A DNA stretch of 64,000 nt from the NCBI GenBank assembly GCA_963693365.1, contig CAVNZM010000001.1:10876161-10940160 (forward strand), in the 5' to 3' direction. Every line of letters begins with the position of its first letter. Position 1 is the stretch's first letter. A program made the position numbers and the translations under genes. This stretch comes from Amoebidium appalachense (Eukaryota; Protista; Ichthyosporea). The notes below the pieces were generated by a model, which was not told the origin of the DNA, did no database searches, and saw only the letters and a list, made by a program, of their open reading frames with translations. Of the stretch, positions 15,733 through 42,200 are shown piece after piece.

Positions 15733-16832
15733 GGTCCTCACCTGAATCGGGTGAGTCTGCACCATCCTGCTCCTCAGGGGATTCGTCTACGGCTGGTGCA
15801 CCTATACGGTATAGTGTTTTTGCGCATGTGCGTGTGTGTGGGGGTGTGCGTGGTGGAGGGGGTGGGGGTGGGGTGGGGATGGGGGGGGGGGGGGGGGGAG
15901 GGGGGGGGGATTGGCCGTGAGGAACTGTTTGACATATTATGAGATAGCATGAAGGGTTTGCTAATGGGGTAGACTATTTGTAGGAGAGACAGATTGTCGC
16001 TGAGAGAAACACACATAATGAAGGGTTAGTGTTGGTGGGTGGTGGGATGGGATGTGGGTATGTTTTTTTTTTGTTTTGTTTTTTTTTTTTTGGGGGGGGG
16101 GGGGGGGAGAATACAGACACAACATACAAGTAAACGAGGTACAGGATTCTAGGGTGTGTTTCCATGATTTTGGGCCATAACAAAGTCCAGCGGTTTGCGG
16201 GTCTATTGAATGACGATGTGGACTGAGAAGACACCTTGAAGGTGTTTGTGAGACTTGTGACTCGTGCCGGGCATAATTTTAAGTGCATGTATGTCTAGGG
16301 GTGTTGAGGGTTGAGGAGAGAGTTGAGGGGGGAAAGGGGGTGGAGGGGGGGGGGGGGGGGGGGTGGGGGGTGGGGGTGGGGGTGGTGGTGGGGGGGGGGG
16401 GGGGGGGGGGGGGGAGGGGGGAGGAAGGTTTTAAAAACTTAGTACTAAAGTCGATGCAGTCTCCACATCTATTTATGAAACAGAACTCCACAACAGTTAC
16501 CATAGTAAAGTATACAGTAACAGCCGATATGTTAACGGATTCTGCTTCAATCATGTTGAAGGAAGTGATCTCGAAGGATACAAGGGGAGGAGAGTGGGAG
16601 AATGGAAGTAGGACGGGTACGGTGTGTGTATGAGGGTGTAGGGGTTTAAAGTGAATATGGGCGGGTCACGGTGGGGGGGGGGGGGGGGGGGGGGGCGAAG
16701 GGTGGGGGGAGGGGGGGGGGGGGGGGTTTGAGAAAGGCAGGAGGAAGGGGGGAGGGGGGAGAAAGAGGGGGAGGGGGGGGGGTGAGGGTGGGGGGGAAGG
16801 GGTTTGTGGGGGGGGGGGGGGGGGGGTGGGGT

Positions 16833-16869
<37 letters not shown>

Positions 16870-17274
16870 CTTCGCCGGTTCGGGGATGGCCTCGGGGTTG
16901 TAGCTGTCGGTGGGGTTGACAATTATTAGAACAATTTCACCCTTCTTGGCGTTTGAGTACGGGCTTGGATTCTTCCACTCTGCCAAGCGTGCCCGTTTCC
17001 CAGGGCCCCGGTACGCCCCTGAGCATGGTGCTTTGAAGGGCTTGTCCTGCCGCAAGCTGGGCAGCGGATCCTCAATCGGCTCCGGCTCGACAGCCACCTG
17101 TTTGGTATGTATTGGTTAGTTATTAAAGGGGAAATGCGCGTCATGCAAACTTCTATAAAATTGACCATGTCATTGTGCAACCGTACCTAACAGCACATAC
17201 CAGGGCAGGGTGGGTCACGTTGTGTGTATGAGGGTGTTTGTGTGTTTGAAGGAAGGGGGGGGGGGGGGGGGGGG

Positions 17275-17305
<31 letters not shown>

Positions 17306-17912
17306 GGTTGCCGGTTCTAGGACGGTATTGGCCTTACACAAGTCATGCAAATCATGTCCTTCAATGAGTTCATTTGTTCAATAGTGTTCCTAACTGATTG
17401 CAAATGTATGCGAGTGTGTGTTTGTGTCTACGTGTGTGTGTTGTGTGTATGTGCGTGTGTGTGCGTGTGCGTGTGTGTGTGTGCGTGTGTGTGCGTGTGT
17501 GTGTGTGTGTGCGTGTGTACCTGTTCTGGTTCTGCTCCTCCAGCCTGGGCCAACTCTCTCTTTCGGTGTATGAATTCTAGGGTTCTTGTTAGATCAAACG
17601 ATCCCCGTGTGTTAGGGCTGTAGCCAGCTCCCACAGTTTTATTCTCCTTTCGGCCAGGATGTACATCTCAAATAAAAGTGTTCGTGACTCCCGAACCTGG
17701 TCAATCGAGTACGGGTGCAATTCCAAACATCTGCCCTTTGAGCAACACCTTGAAGTTCGGGTCGATGCGGCCAACTCTATGTTTTCGTCAGAAAGGGCTG
17801 TGTCTCGCCTTTTCATGCGTGTTGTCTGTGCACCGGGAGGTCGTTTCTGACCCGAGTACTTCCTGGCGGGCTTGAGCACCACCCTTTGCACGTTCGCCAA
17901 ACTTAAAGCCAT
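14314..17912 (-). pseudogene. Multi-exon gene with a Cys-cluster N-terminus and an acidic/NLS C-terminus; possible internally deleted transposase (Sola-like?)
   Basis: ATG at 17912; CCSKGRCL...R...ERR..LW motif; frame break near 17600. Further GT-AG exons at ~17097-16871, ~16295-16140, ~15801-15742, ~15050-14873 and ~14433-14314, ending KRRASTEVPVPAKRPR...RKG*. No DDE core is visible, so the family call is weak. Confidence 0.5.
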
Positions 17913-18110
17913 TGCGTTGATTAGGCTATATCATGGTACTCACCCAAGGACCACTGTACACAATGTACTACAACACATGTCTGATTGTGGCGCGGTCGTG
18001 AGTGTATCCCGCTTTTATATGACATGCATTGTACTGCATGCGCCAATAGGAATTCTCCCTCGTTGGGCGATGGTTTTTCGCTGTTCAACATGGTTCTTTT
18101 ATGGCGGCGT

Positions 18111-18768
18111 CTCGTGAGGTTGATATCGAGGGTAAACTTTGAAAGTACGCAAACATTAACGTACAACCTTTATCAGTCGTCATCTACCGTGTGTACATAC
18201 GGGGTGCATACTGTACGCCGCATGTACATTACACAAAAATATTGACAGTATGCGCCTGTGATAGTTTGCGTTGTTCAGGGGCCCGGGGGGGGGGGGGGGG
18301 GGGGGGGGAGGGGGGGGGGGAGGGGGGGGGGGGGGGGGAGAGGGGGGGGGGGGGGGGTGTATGATCTCTACTGCAAGACGAAACCGGGTTACGGAACGAT
18401 CTTGGTTTAGCAGCGTTAGCATAAATCACCTCGTTCTCCGGGCTCTGGTAGTCCGCGATCGACATCTAAACACGCGTGATCAGGTGTCATTTCGAGGAAT
18501 ATGGTATGTCCAATAGGAACGCAGCAGTATCATACGACTTAATGGTGCTGGCGCACGTGCACCGAAAATCGGAGTTAGCATATGCCGCACATGTACATGG
18601 TCGTCGATCGAGTGGCCCGGGGCCGCCAAGTCTCATGAGGTTATCGAGCGTAAACTTTGGGAGTACGCAAACATTAACGTACAACCTTGATCAGTCGTCA
18701 TCTACTGTGTGTACATATGGGGCCCGGGTGCATACTGTACGCCACATGTACATTATACAAAAATATTT
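18111..18768. repeat. Diverged ~135-bp direct repeat (18111-18243 and 18632-18768)
   Basis: Both copies share gtaaacttt..agtacgcaaacattaacgtacaacctt.atcagtcgtcatctac.gtgtgtacata. Confidence 0.85.
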
Positions 18769-18792
18769 CGCCTCAGTGTAAACACACGATAT

Positions 18793-18827
<35 letters not shown>

Positions 18828-19427
18828 GAAGGGAGGGAGAAGAGAGAAGGCTTTGAGGGAATCGAAGGGAGACCTGAGGATGGAAGGAAGGGACTCTGAG
18901 AGAGGGCGGGAGGGAAAGGGGAGAGGGGGGGAAAGTGAACTTCGAGAGAGACTGGGAGGGAGAGGGAAGGAGGGGGGGGAAATGAGATACTGAGGGAGGG
19001 AGACTTGGACTGGCCAAGGGCCGTGACCAGAGGACTTGATAGAGCTTTGGCCTGGGGACTCCTAGGAAGGGGGGGGGGGGGGGGGGAGGGGGGGGGGAGG
19101 GGGCGGGGAGAGCCTCGGACTCTGAGGCTGACGGAGAAAGGGATGAGAGAGAGAGAGAGAGAGACGCAAGGGAGAGGGGGAGACAGAGAAAGAATGAGGG
19201 AGGGAGAGGGGGAGGGGGAGACGGAGAAAGAGTGAGAGAGGGAGATGGAGAGGGAGAGGGGGGGGGGGGAGGGGGGAGAGAGCGAGAGAGAGACTGAGAG
19301 AGAGAGAGTGTGTGTGTGTGTGAGAGAGAGCTTGGAGAGAGAGATGGGTAGATATATAAATATATATATGATATATACACTATATATATATATATATACC
19401 GCCATATGTATATATAAGCCTTATTAG

Positions 19428-19459
<32 letters not shown>

Positions 19460-19467
19460 ATACCGCC

Positions 19468-19532
<65 letters not shown>

Positions 19533-19660
19533 TGGAGGGAGAAAGGGAGAGAGACTCTGAGACAGAAAGAGAGAGAGAGAGAGAGGAGAGAGAGAACTTG
19601 AGGAGGAGACTGTAGGATGAGACCCTGGAGGGAGCAGGGGAGGAAGTGTGGGGGGGGGGG

Positions 19661-19919
19661 AACCTTGGATCGAACCACAGAATGTGCTCACATGAGTTTC
19701 CTTTTTATTTTCAATACGGATATGTTGGTTTTATTGAACGGAAAACTTCTTACGATTCTGTCTCCCCTGGTCTCTTATGGGAAAAGCTTGCTGCACGGGG
19801 TGTACCACACTGCATTGGTGTTTTGTTAGAAGCACTCTTGTCTCAAACGTGTTACAATGTGCCCCATTAGGAAACAGTGCCAGTCTAGCTTCACTGTCAG
19901 ACTGGGCCGGGGTGGGCGT

Positions 19920-19963
<44 letters not shown>

Positions 19964-20065
19964 AGGGGAAGGGGGGGGAGGGGGGGGGGGGAGGGGGGGG
20001 GGGGGGGACCTTGGATCGAGCCACAGAATGTGTTCACATGAGTTTTCTTTTTATTTTCAATACGG
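19661..20065. repeat. ~57-bp direct repeat (19661-19719 and 20008-20065), each copy following a G-run
   Basis: accttggatcga.ccacagaatgtg.tcacatgagttt.ctttttattttcaatacgg occurs twice. Confidence 0.85.
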
Positions 20066-20809
20066 GCGTGAATGGCTTGACATTGTCCTGCAAATACTTA
20101 TCACACCTGGCACCCAACACTACAAGTGGGCATCAGCACAGGTTACGTTTGTAAAACAGGCCAACCGCTATTTAGTAATGGGAATGCAATGTAAATCCGA
20201 AACCTAGTAACACAAATCGCCTTTCCACAAAGATATGGTGGTACAGTGAAAACATAAAGAACAGGGAGCACACAAGCCATTATATACCAACAGACCATTT
20301 CGTGAAGTCCAAAACCAACATCCAACACTAAACGAGTCAGTACAACCTAGAGCACTGTGCAATCATTCCTAGCTGCAGGTAAGCCTGAAGTTCATCGGCG
20401 GCCTCCAGATAGTCTGCACGGGCACTACGTATGCGAGCGTCGTGCGTGGATGCAATGACAATTGTGTTAACGGTATCCACAATCTCCCTCGCAATCTCCC
20501 CCCCCCCCCCCCCCCCTCCCCCCCCCCCCCAAAAAATGTATGGCCTTTGGACGGACGTACCCCCCCCCCACACACACACACGCACACACCCCAACACCCA
20601 ACACACATACACACACAAAACCATGTACACATGTGTACACCAGCCCACACACACACACACACACACACGAACACGAACATGCACATTCGCTCACACGCTT
20701 CCACCCACACTCGTACGTGCCATCGCAATGTTGCAATGTTACATATAAAGACAGTGCACGCGACATCTTGAACACACACGCCATCCAAAGTGGTGTGACC
20801 GGCATAAAT

Positions 20810-21608
20810 TGATTTTTATGCCCAGTTATCAAATTTGATTGGCAAACCCGCTATCTCGAATGTTTGCCTGATGCTCTTCCATATGGAATGTTCGCGTGCT
20901 GCGGGCTTCTTTCGATTGGGCTGTTACTCTACACGCAAGATTACAACATGTTTCCACATGAACCAGAATCTACGGTGGATTACCAGAGTCCCCTGCACCA
21001 TGATAACGCGTCTCGCCGGCTGGCGTCCCTGTGAAAAGCCTCCCCCCCCTCCCCCCCCCCCCCCCCCCCCTCCCCAATGATCTTCCTATTGTTTAAGGAC
21101 CATGTTTCCTCGTCCCGCTAGTACTATTACATAGAGTACTATTACATAGCAACATTTACTTTCCATTCTACATAATTTTAATCCATTCAACAACGAAGTC
21201 CATACACCTGTGTCCTCGCAATGTCATGGCAATCCAGCCCCCCCCACATATAAACACAGCGCACGCGATACCTTGAATGGAGCGCATAAATTGTGCGTCA
21301 TTTTTCTTATGTCCCGTTAAAATATTTTTTATGGCCCGTAAGTGAATGGAGCGCATAAATTGTGGGCCATTTTTCTTATGTCCCGTTATAATGATTTTTA
21401 TGGCCCGTTATCAAATTTGATTGGCAAACCCGCTATCTTGAATGTTTGCCTGATGCTCTTCCATATAGAATGTTCGCGTGCCGCGGGTTTTTTCCGATTG
21501 GACTGTTACTTTCCACGCACGTTTCCACATCAAGCAGAGTCTCCGGCGGACTACCAGAGCCCACGTCACCATCATAACGCGCCCAGTCGGCTCGCGTCGC
21601 TGTGAAAG

Positions 21609-21655
<47 letters not shown>

Positions 21656-21812
21656 TTTCCCCCCCCGCACCATACAAAATCAAATGAGTGATATCCCTAT
21701 TGTTCCAGGGCCACGTTTCCTTCTCCCGCTAGTACTATGACATAGAGTGCTATTACATAGCAACATTTACTTTCAATTATACATACTTTTAATCCGAAGT
21801 CCATACATCTGT
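20810..21812. repeat. Diverged ~400-bp direct duplication (~20810-21212 and ~21394-21812) upstream of the multidomain gene
   Basis: Shared blocks gttatcaaatttgattggcaaacccgctatct, gaatgtttgcctgatgctcttccatat and cccgctagtactat...tattacatagcaacattttactt. Confidence 0.85.
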
Positions 21813-22222
21813 GTGGTCGCAAGTTGTGGAATGCCCGCATGACGCGGGCCTCTAACGATTGGATAAAAACATAAGAAACTCAAGCAGCGCCAAGGAATGT
21901 TCGCCTGACACGGCCCGCAAATGATTGACGGAGTGCTCTCTCTATTCAGTCGGGGCGTCCTCTAATTAGGGGATCACACAAAACACATGTTATCAACATC
22001 TTTGGGCCGCTCGACCTGGCATGCGGGACTCTCAAAGTCCACATGTGCATACAAACGCCCCCCCCCCCCCCCCCCCCCTTCCACCCTCCCAAAACAATAC
22101 ACACATTACACCCATCCACCCCACTTGGGTTTGAATTGTACATACGTAGTTATAGAAGATTTCTACGAACTCCCTTTAGATAACATGTACAAACATTGCG
22201 TGACCCGCGCGCGCGGTTGTTC

Positions 22223-35558
<13,336 letters not shown>

Positions 35559-35620
35559 AAAGGATATTCTAGGAAATTTTTTTGACTTTTGTTGAAAATA
35601 AGTCTGCTAACAATCTATCG

Positions 35621-35655
<35 letters not shown>

Positions 35656-36168
35656 ACACGCACGCACACACACACGCACACACACAAACATAGGTCAAGA
35701 ACATGGTGTCCGAGAACCTGATATCATTCAGGAAAGCACTCAACACCATGCAACCCACCGTGTAGACGCTGGCCCTTGGCGAACTTACACAGCTTGGGAG
35801 CCAATTTATCATCCTGAGCCATATGATTTTTGTCGAAAGACAGAAAAGAAGGGGGGGGAAAAGGCAGACATTTTCTTTAATACTGTGACGAAGACATTGT
35901 CCACACCCACCCACCCACCCACCTACCCACCCAAGAGCCAAGGTCGTACGAGCGCGCGCACGCACACACACACACGCATGCGGCGCGCGCGCGCACACAC
36001 ACATACATACACACTCACACTTACTGTCACACAAACACACACACACGCACACACGCACACGCACACACACACACACACACACACGCACACACACACACTC
36101 ACACACACTCACACTTACTGTCACACAAACACACACAAACACACACAAACGCACACATGCACACACAT

Positions 36169-36240
<72 letters not shown>

Positions 36241-36257
36241 CGGTGCACAAACACAAT

Positions 36258-36290
<33 letters not shown>

Positions 36291-37955
36291 ATGTACACAA
36301 ACACACGTGCTTGCGCGCACACGCACACATATGCGCACGCACAAAGTCTGCACTGCAAAGGAAGGATATGTAACACAGGCTCGAGTTCCTGCTGGCTGCA
36401 GTTGGCAAGACCTGAAAGGCTATCTCAGAGTGGCAGAATTCTGGCACAGCTGTGGTTTTAAATGGCTTGTGTTGGGGTCCTCTGTACTGTCTGTGTAATA
36501 AATGCTACCTTCACAACACTGTGACTCTGCCGGCACCTACGTTTTATTTGGTTATGGGCTTCAAGTTCCAGACACGCTATTGAGGTAGCAGGCTTGCACA
36601 CCCTCCTACTTCCTAAGCAGTGGTCTTGGAAAGCCAACGAGCATTCCTGCTAAAACCCTGTTTAGTATTATAAGTGTAGTAAATGAATAGATAGGCACTT
36701 CGTGTTTCGCGCACACACTGAATTCGTTTCGCACTCGCGTGCTGGCCCCACTCGCTCACTGGCCTAGTTTTTCCCCGCCGCACTAGCGGGCCAAGGGAAT
36801 GTCGTGTTACTCGAGTAGGTCATGCCATATAGCCCATAATGTGAGGGTAGATTCATTTTTGGCGTAGCCGATGCGGGGGCGGAGTCATTGCCGTAGGTAG
36901 ACGAGGGTTGTAATATTAACTTCACGTTCCAGTCAAGTTAGCGACGTTCCAGCGAAAAATGGCAGCAACAAACAAGAACGAGAAGCTCGGGTTCACTCTC
37001 TCCGGGACTGAAAACCCGCACAATCCGAGCCTGCCAGCGAGCGTTTTAATGCCATGGTCGACCGTTTTGCAATTGAAACCACAACAGAAAACACAAGATT
37101 CGAACCTCTTAAACTCGAGGACATGATTTCTGAAACTTTAAACTTCGCAAATCCAAAACAAAAGACACACTAAACCTCATTCTGTGCGAAGTCCGAAAAG
37201 CCAGCAAGACACCCGACCCCAATCCTCCCCAAACCCCAACAGACCCAACCTTGAAGGAACTCTCCCTCCAACGAAACATGTCAACTTTGCACATTCATAG
37301 TGACCTTTATCACCGAAACTACTGTCATCACCACCACCGAAATTTATGCTACTGCCCCCACCACCATATCACCACTGAAACAGCCATCACCACCACCACC
37401 AACGACACGAAAACTTCGGAAGAAGGGTTTGTCGACTCGGGGGAACTTTGATCCTGAGGGAGTTCTTGAACTGCGGGCACACGTACGGTTTTATCGTCAC
37501 CTAACCAATCGAATCGGCTAGACTCGGTCCACCATGATATGCAACCAATCAGTTCGGAAATACGTGTGCCAGGATGTTTTGCCTTTCGATTCCCGCGCGT
37601 GCGTTTTGACCCCACCTTGAGGCAATTTTTAAAACAATTAAACAGCCATTCAGTGAAAAGGCTCGAAGCGAAGCAAATTTGATTTCTTTGCATGATTTTG
37701 ATGCAATCGCTGACAATTCATTGATAACGTCATGCATAACGTCATTCATTCCCGCTCGAATTCAAACCTCTGTACGGCCATCTCGACCGTTCAGTACGGG
37801 TACCGGACTCCTCCGTGTGTCTTATGTCTGTCTGTTTACTCCACCGTCACAAACCGTTGGTCGCAGCCTATTATTAATACTCTCGGTTGCAGCTGCTTAC
37901 TATGTGCCTGTGTCTGTAACCTGTTTCTAACACCGTCAACCTTACGTATACTGTG

Positions 37956-37994
37956 CAAGGCCTCCTAAATAGCACACCTATTTAGGAGGCCTTG
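37956..37994. mobile_element. 39-bp TIR-only micro-element (same family as 7476-7521) with 8-bp TSD ATACTGTG
   Basis: 17-bp perfect inverted repeat caaggcctcctaaatag around the loop cacac. TSD at 37948-37955 and 37995-38002. Confidence 0.85.
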
Positions 37995-39224
37995 ATACTG
38001 TGTCATCTTATTGATCGTTTCATCGTTTTGTGGCCTTTCAGGTTTAACTGCACCAGCGATTTATGCGATCTCATCCGAGTCAACCCTGTATTTTCACATC
38101 ACTCACTCGTGCTTGCCTCATGCCCCCCGTGTCCGTGGAGTGCAGGCCGTCGTGCCTGCACCCAAGGGGCTGGCCGAGGCGGGGGCCGCCAGGGGGGGTC
38201 CATGCCATGAGCCCCCCCGCACCAGCCGGGGCTGGGCCCCGCCTCGACATGCTTTATTGCCGCTGCAATCGGGCTGTGAGCCAGTCACAGTCGCATACGT
38301 ACACCGTCATGTATACAGACTGAGAGGTGGGTGGGTGGGAGCCGCCGTGTGCTAGCCACCGAAAACGCAATCGTGCTAACAAAAACCGTACGTGCAGCAC
38401 ACGGCGAAAACGAAGGTGGCCTGCATCTGCAGTGTGCTGCGCCGGAAATACCGGCGCTGGTGGCGCCTGACGTCAGGCGCTGCGCCAGACCGATGTCAGC
38501 CGCCGCTGCGGCTGCGCCTGGCGCCGCGGCCCGTGACGTCATGGGCCGCCCGGCTGCCTGCGCCCGAAGTGATCCGTGAAACATCTTTCATCTGCTGCGC
38601 ATATGAAACGTACATTCACATCACTCACTCGTGCTTGCCTCATGCCCCCCGTGTCCGTGGAGTGCAGGCCGTCGTGCCTGCACCCAAGGGGCTGGCCGAG
38701 GCGGGTGCGGAAACCGGCGATGAAGGTGCTCTTGAGGTAAGGGCTGCCGTCGACGCTGAACAGGGGTGCATCTGGGTGGATGCCTGCCCTGGTTGACGAG
38801 ACCCCCAGGAAGAGGGCTAGATTGGCTGCTGGGCAGAAGGAAGGCTCCTCCGGGAAGGCGGGCACCCGGATGGTAACACCCTTGCCCGTGGGGTCGGTCT
38901 TAGATGTCGGCAGGAAGACTGTTGCCCCAATCAGGCGGCCATCCTGCCATAGGAGCTGGACGTCGCGACGCTTGGCGTGAAGGAGGGGGTTGAACTTGGC
39001 CGCAGATTTGGACGTGAACTCGCCCGAGCGCAGGAGGCACGAGCTGCCAAGCAGCAGGGCAGCCCACAGACGCAGGGCCTCCAATGAAGAGCCCGGTTGG
39101 ATGACTGGGAGGAGGGCGCGGAGGTCGGCTGGGAGGAGGGGCTCGAGCACTCGTTTGGGCCGGTGGCTGCCTTCCAGCAGCAGGAAGCGGCCAGCCCCGC
39201 GGATAAACCACTGAAGGCTCTGCT

Positions 39225-42200
39225 TGTCATCTTCACTTAATTCTCAGCAAGACTTAGAAGTTGAGTTTGGTATTTATTTATTAGTTGTTGTAGTTTGTTT
39301 CCTTTTCCTTTCTTCATTTCTTTCTTTCTTTTCCGTTTCCGTGTACACGACATCTTAGATCTGTGTACGTATCGACATACTTAGCTCGCGCACACGTATT
39401 GTCGTTTGCGTCAAAATCTATATATGTCATCCAATCATATCTCGTTTGTATTTTCCCAAATATAGTAACTTACATTCCTTTCTCATTCCTTTCCCACGAC
39501 GTAGCATTGTGCTATGTTCTTCAACTATTAGGAAAAATTATATTTAGACGTGTTATGATAAGAACATGTATAAATATATGTTATGAATTAATAGTTACAT
39601 AAGTGGTTTCATTTTATTAAATGTTTCCGTGCTTTTATTAGAAGTTTCTTTCATTAGAGGATTGAGTTTTATATTCTAAATGTCGACAGACATTTTATTC
39701 GATATATTTTACACTCATAGTTTTCATTCTTTTGATTGGTTTATCGTTTCACATTCCCAAGTATAAAAGGGACCTCATCTTGAAATAAATCACAAGCAGT
39801 CGTATTCACTTCCTATGGTTCCAGAAATCGTTCCTCCTCTCCGGTTGTGTTTTTCCCGTGTGTCTTTGTGTTGTGTTTTACATAACACCCATCTGTGCTC
39901 TCTGCTTCTCCGTTTACCCACACAAATTAACAGGTTTACGGCCCCTTTGCACGCTAACACACAATCTCGCTACAACCGCGAAAATCTCTCAGTCTTACTG
40001 CTTCAATCATGACTGACAAACCGTCGTATATCAACCTTCCAATATGGAATCCGTCCGAGAAACGAGACGAGAAACGTCTTAATTATTTCGAGTGGGAGCC
40101 ACTCATTCACCGGTTCATTAGAACCACCATTGCCGAGAAATTCGTTGACGCTATCAAGAGGCCACAGTGGGTTGACGGCGCTGAAGCCAACCAGTGGCTA
40201 GGCTACACCACCAAGGACTCCTACAAGAAAGCTTCCGACGTCCTCGACCAGATCCTCAACCAGTCCGTCCACCCGACCGAGCTCTACGACTCCGGCCGGA
40301 TGCAAGACGGTGTCCACGGTGGTGAAGTCTTCCACAACCTACGTATGGCGTATGTAGCAGAGAAGGAGGCCCGAGTCACCCAGATTCAAGTCACCTTCGA
40401 GGAGCTTGAACTACGAGACTACCCCAACGTCACAGCATACCTCACCCGTCTCCAACGTCTGGCTACGACACTTGCCTGCCTCGACGAACCCGTCCAGCAC
40501 AAGGATGTCGTACGTAAGTTCTTCCTCCACATCCGGAAAAACACAGCCCTGGTCTGCCCCGACATTGAACGTCTCTGCTCCGACTACTGGATGAACAACA
40601 AGGCCTACCCGTCCTTCAACATGCTCATCAGTGACATCCGAGGAGCTGAAATCCGTGCCGGCCTCATCGACGCAGGCACAGGTGCAACCGTCAACAACCG
40701 TCCCCTCCGTGCACTCCAGAGCAGAGTGCTTCCCCCCGGTGACCTCCGTAACCGTATTCCTCGACGTGAGCATACACCTCACCGTTCCCCGTCCCGTTCC
40801 CGTGATCCTCGTCCTCCCTCCAAGTCACCCGGCCCCCGTTCAACTTCCCCTTACCACCGTGGTAACAGGGACAACCGTAACCGACAGCACAACACCAACA
40901 GTGTGAAGTGTTCCTACTGCCATGAGCCCCACCACATCACAGCATGCCCGGAGCCTGGCTGCACAGTTGCTCGTCGTGCCAAGCAGGAGAAAGGTGACAA
41001 GAGTGTGAAATTTGCACTCATCTCCTCCACCGGCACACCTGACAGTAACGACCCCGTCTGGGACAGTGCTTGTAATGCACACATCTGCCCCATCAAGGAG
41101 TATTTCTCCTCCCTTACCCCGTGTCCTCCCACCCCCATTCACGGCCTCGGCACAGTCAATGCCAAACAACGTGGCATCATCAACATGACACTGCACTACA
41201 ACGGCCACCCAACACCGTGCAGCATCAATGCTTACTACGTACCCGAGGCACCGTCTTTCCTCGTGTCTACCTCCATGGCATCAGCTGCCGGCCTCCTAGG
41301 TCATTGTGACGATACAGACCACCACCCGTCGTTCCTCTACAGCCGTAATGGTGACATTATTACAGATCTCACCCCCCTCGACGGTCTCTACTACATCACT
41401 GACTATGTGATTGAGACTCCTAAACACCCGGGGGTCCAAGCCTACACAGCAAGGACTCAACCACCCGACGACCTCACCCTTTGGCACAACCGTCTCGGCC
41501 ACCGTGCCCTCTCCACCGTCACCAGGATGGCCAAGGATGAGCTTGTCATCGGCATGCCCCCCTCCCTCAAGTCACCCGACAACAGTGACTGCTTCGGCTG
41601 CATGTCTGGCAAGACCACCAAGGCCCCCTTTCCCGGCACCCGTTCCAAGTTCACCATTCCCGGTGCTAAGTGGCACCTGGACTTCTTCGAAGCTCCCTGT
41701 GCTTCCTACGGAGGCTACAAGGTTGCTCTGGTGTGTGTTTGTGATGCCACCGGTTACACCACCGTGTTCCCCCTTTACAACCGTGGTGAAACCCTCAGCC
41801 ACATTCAGTCTCTCGTTGAAACCATCGAACGTCAGACACCTGAGATCGTCACCCATCTTCGGTTTGACTCCGGCTCTGAGTTCACCTCCAAGGACACCGA
41901 GGCCTACTGCAAGCAGAAAGGCATCATCATGGAGTTTGCCCCCGTCGACACACCACAACACAATGGTGTTGTTGAACGGAAGATGAGAGAACTGCAAGAG
42001 ACAGTCCGTTGCTTCCTCCATGCCGACAAGGACCAACCTCTCTCTCCCAAGTTGTGGGTTGCTGCTCTCAAGCATACAAGCTACATCATCAACGTCACAC
42101 CGTCATCTGCTGCCAACGGCAACACTCCCTTCGAGGCCTTCCACGGCTTCAAACCCGACGTCTCCCAGCTCCACGTGTTCGGCTCCCCTGCCTATGTCCA

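Noticed and set aside
36740-36800. GC hairpin with nearby CTAG resembling a Helitron 3' end
   Set aside because: The stem is short, the CTAG spacing and flanking base do not fit, and no 5' TC end or Rep/helicase is seen.
36959-37520. Coding-looking fragments downstream of the multidomain gene
   Set aside because: Multiple stops in all frames and no identifiable motif.
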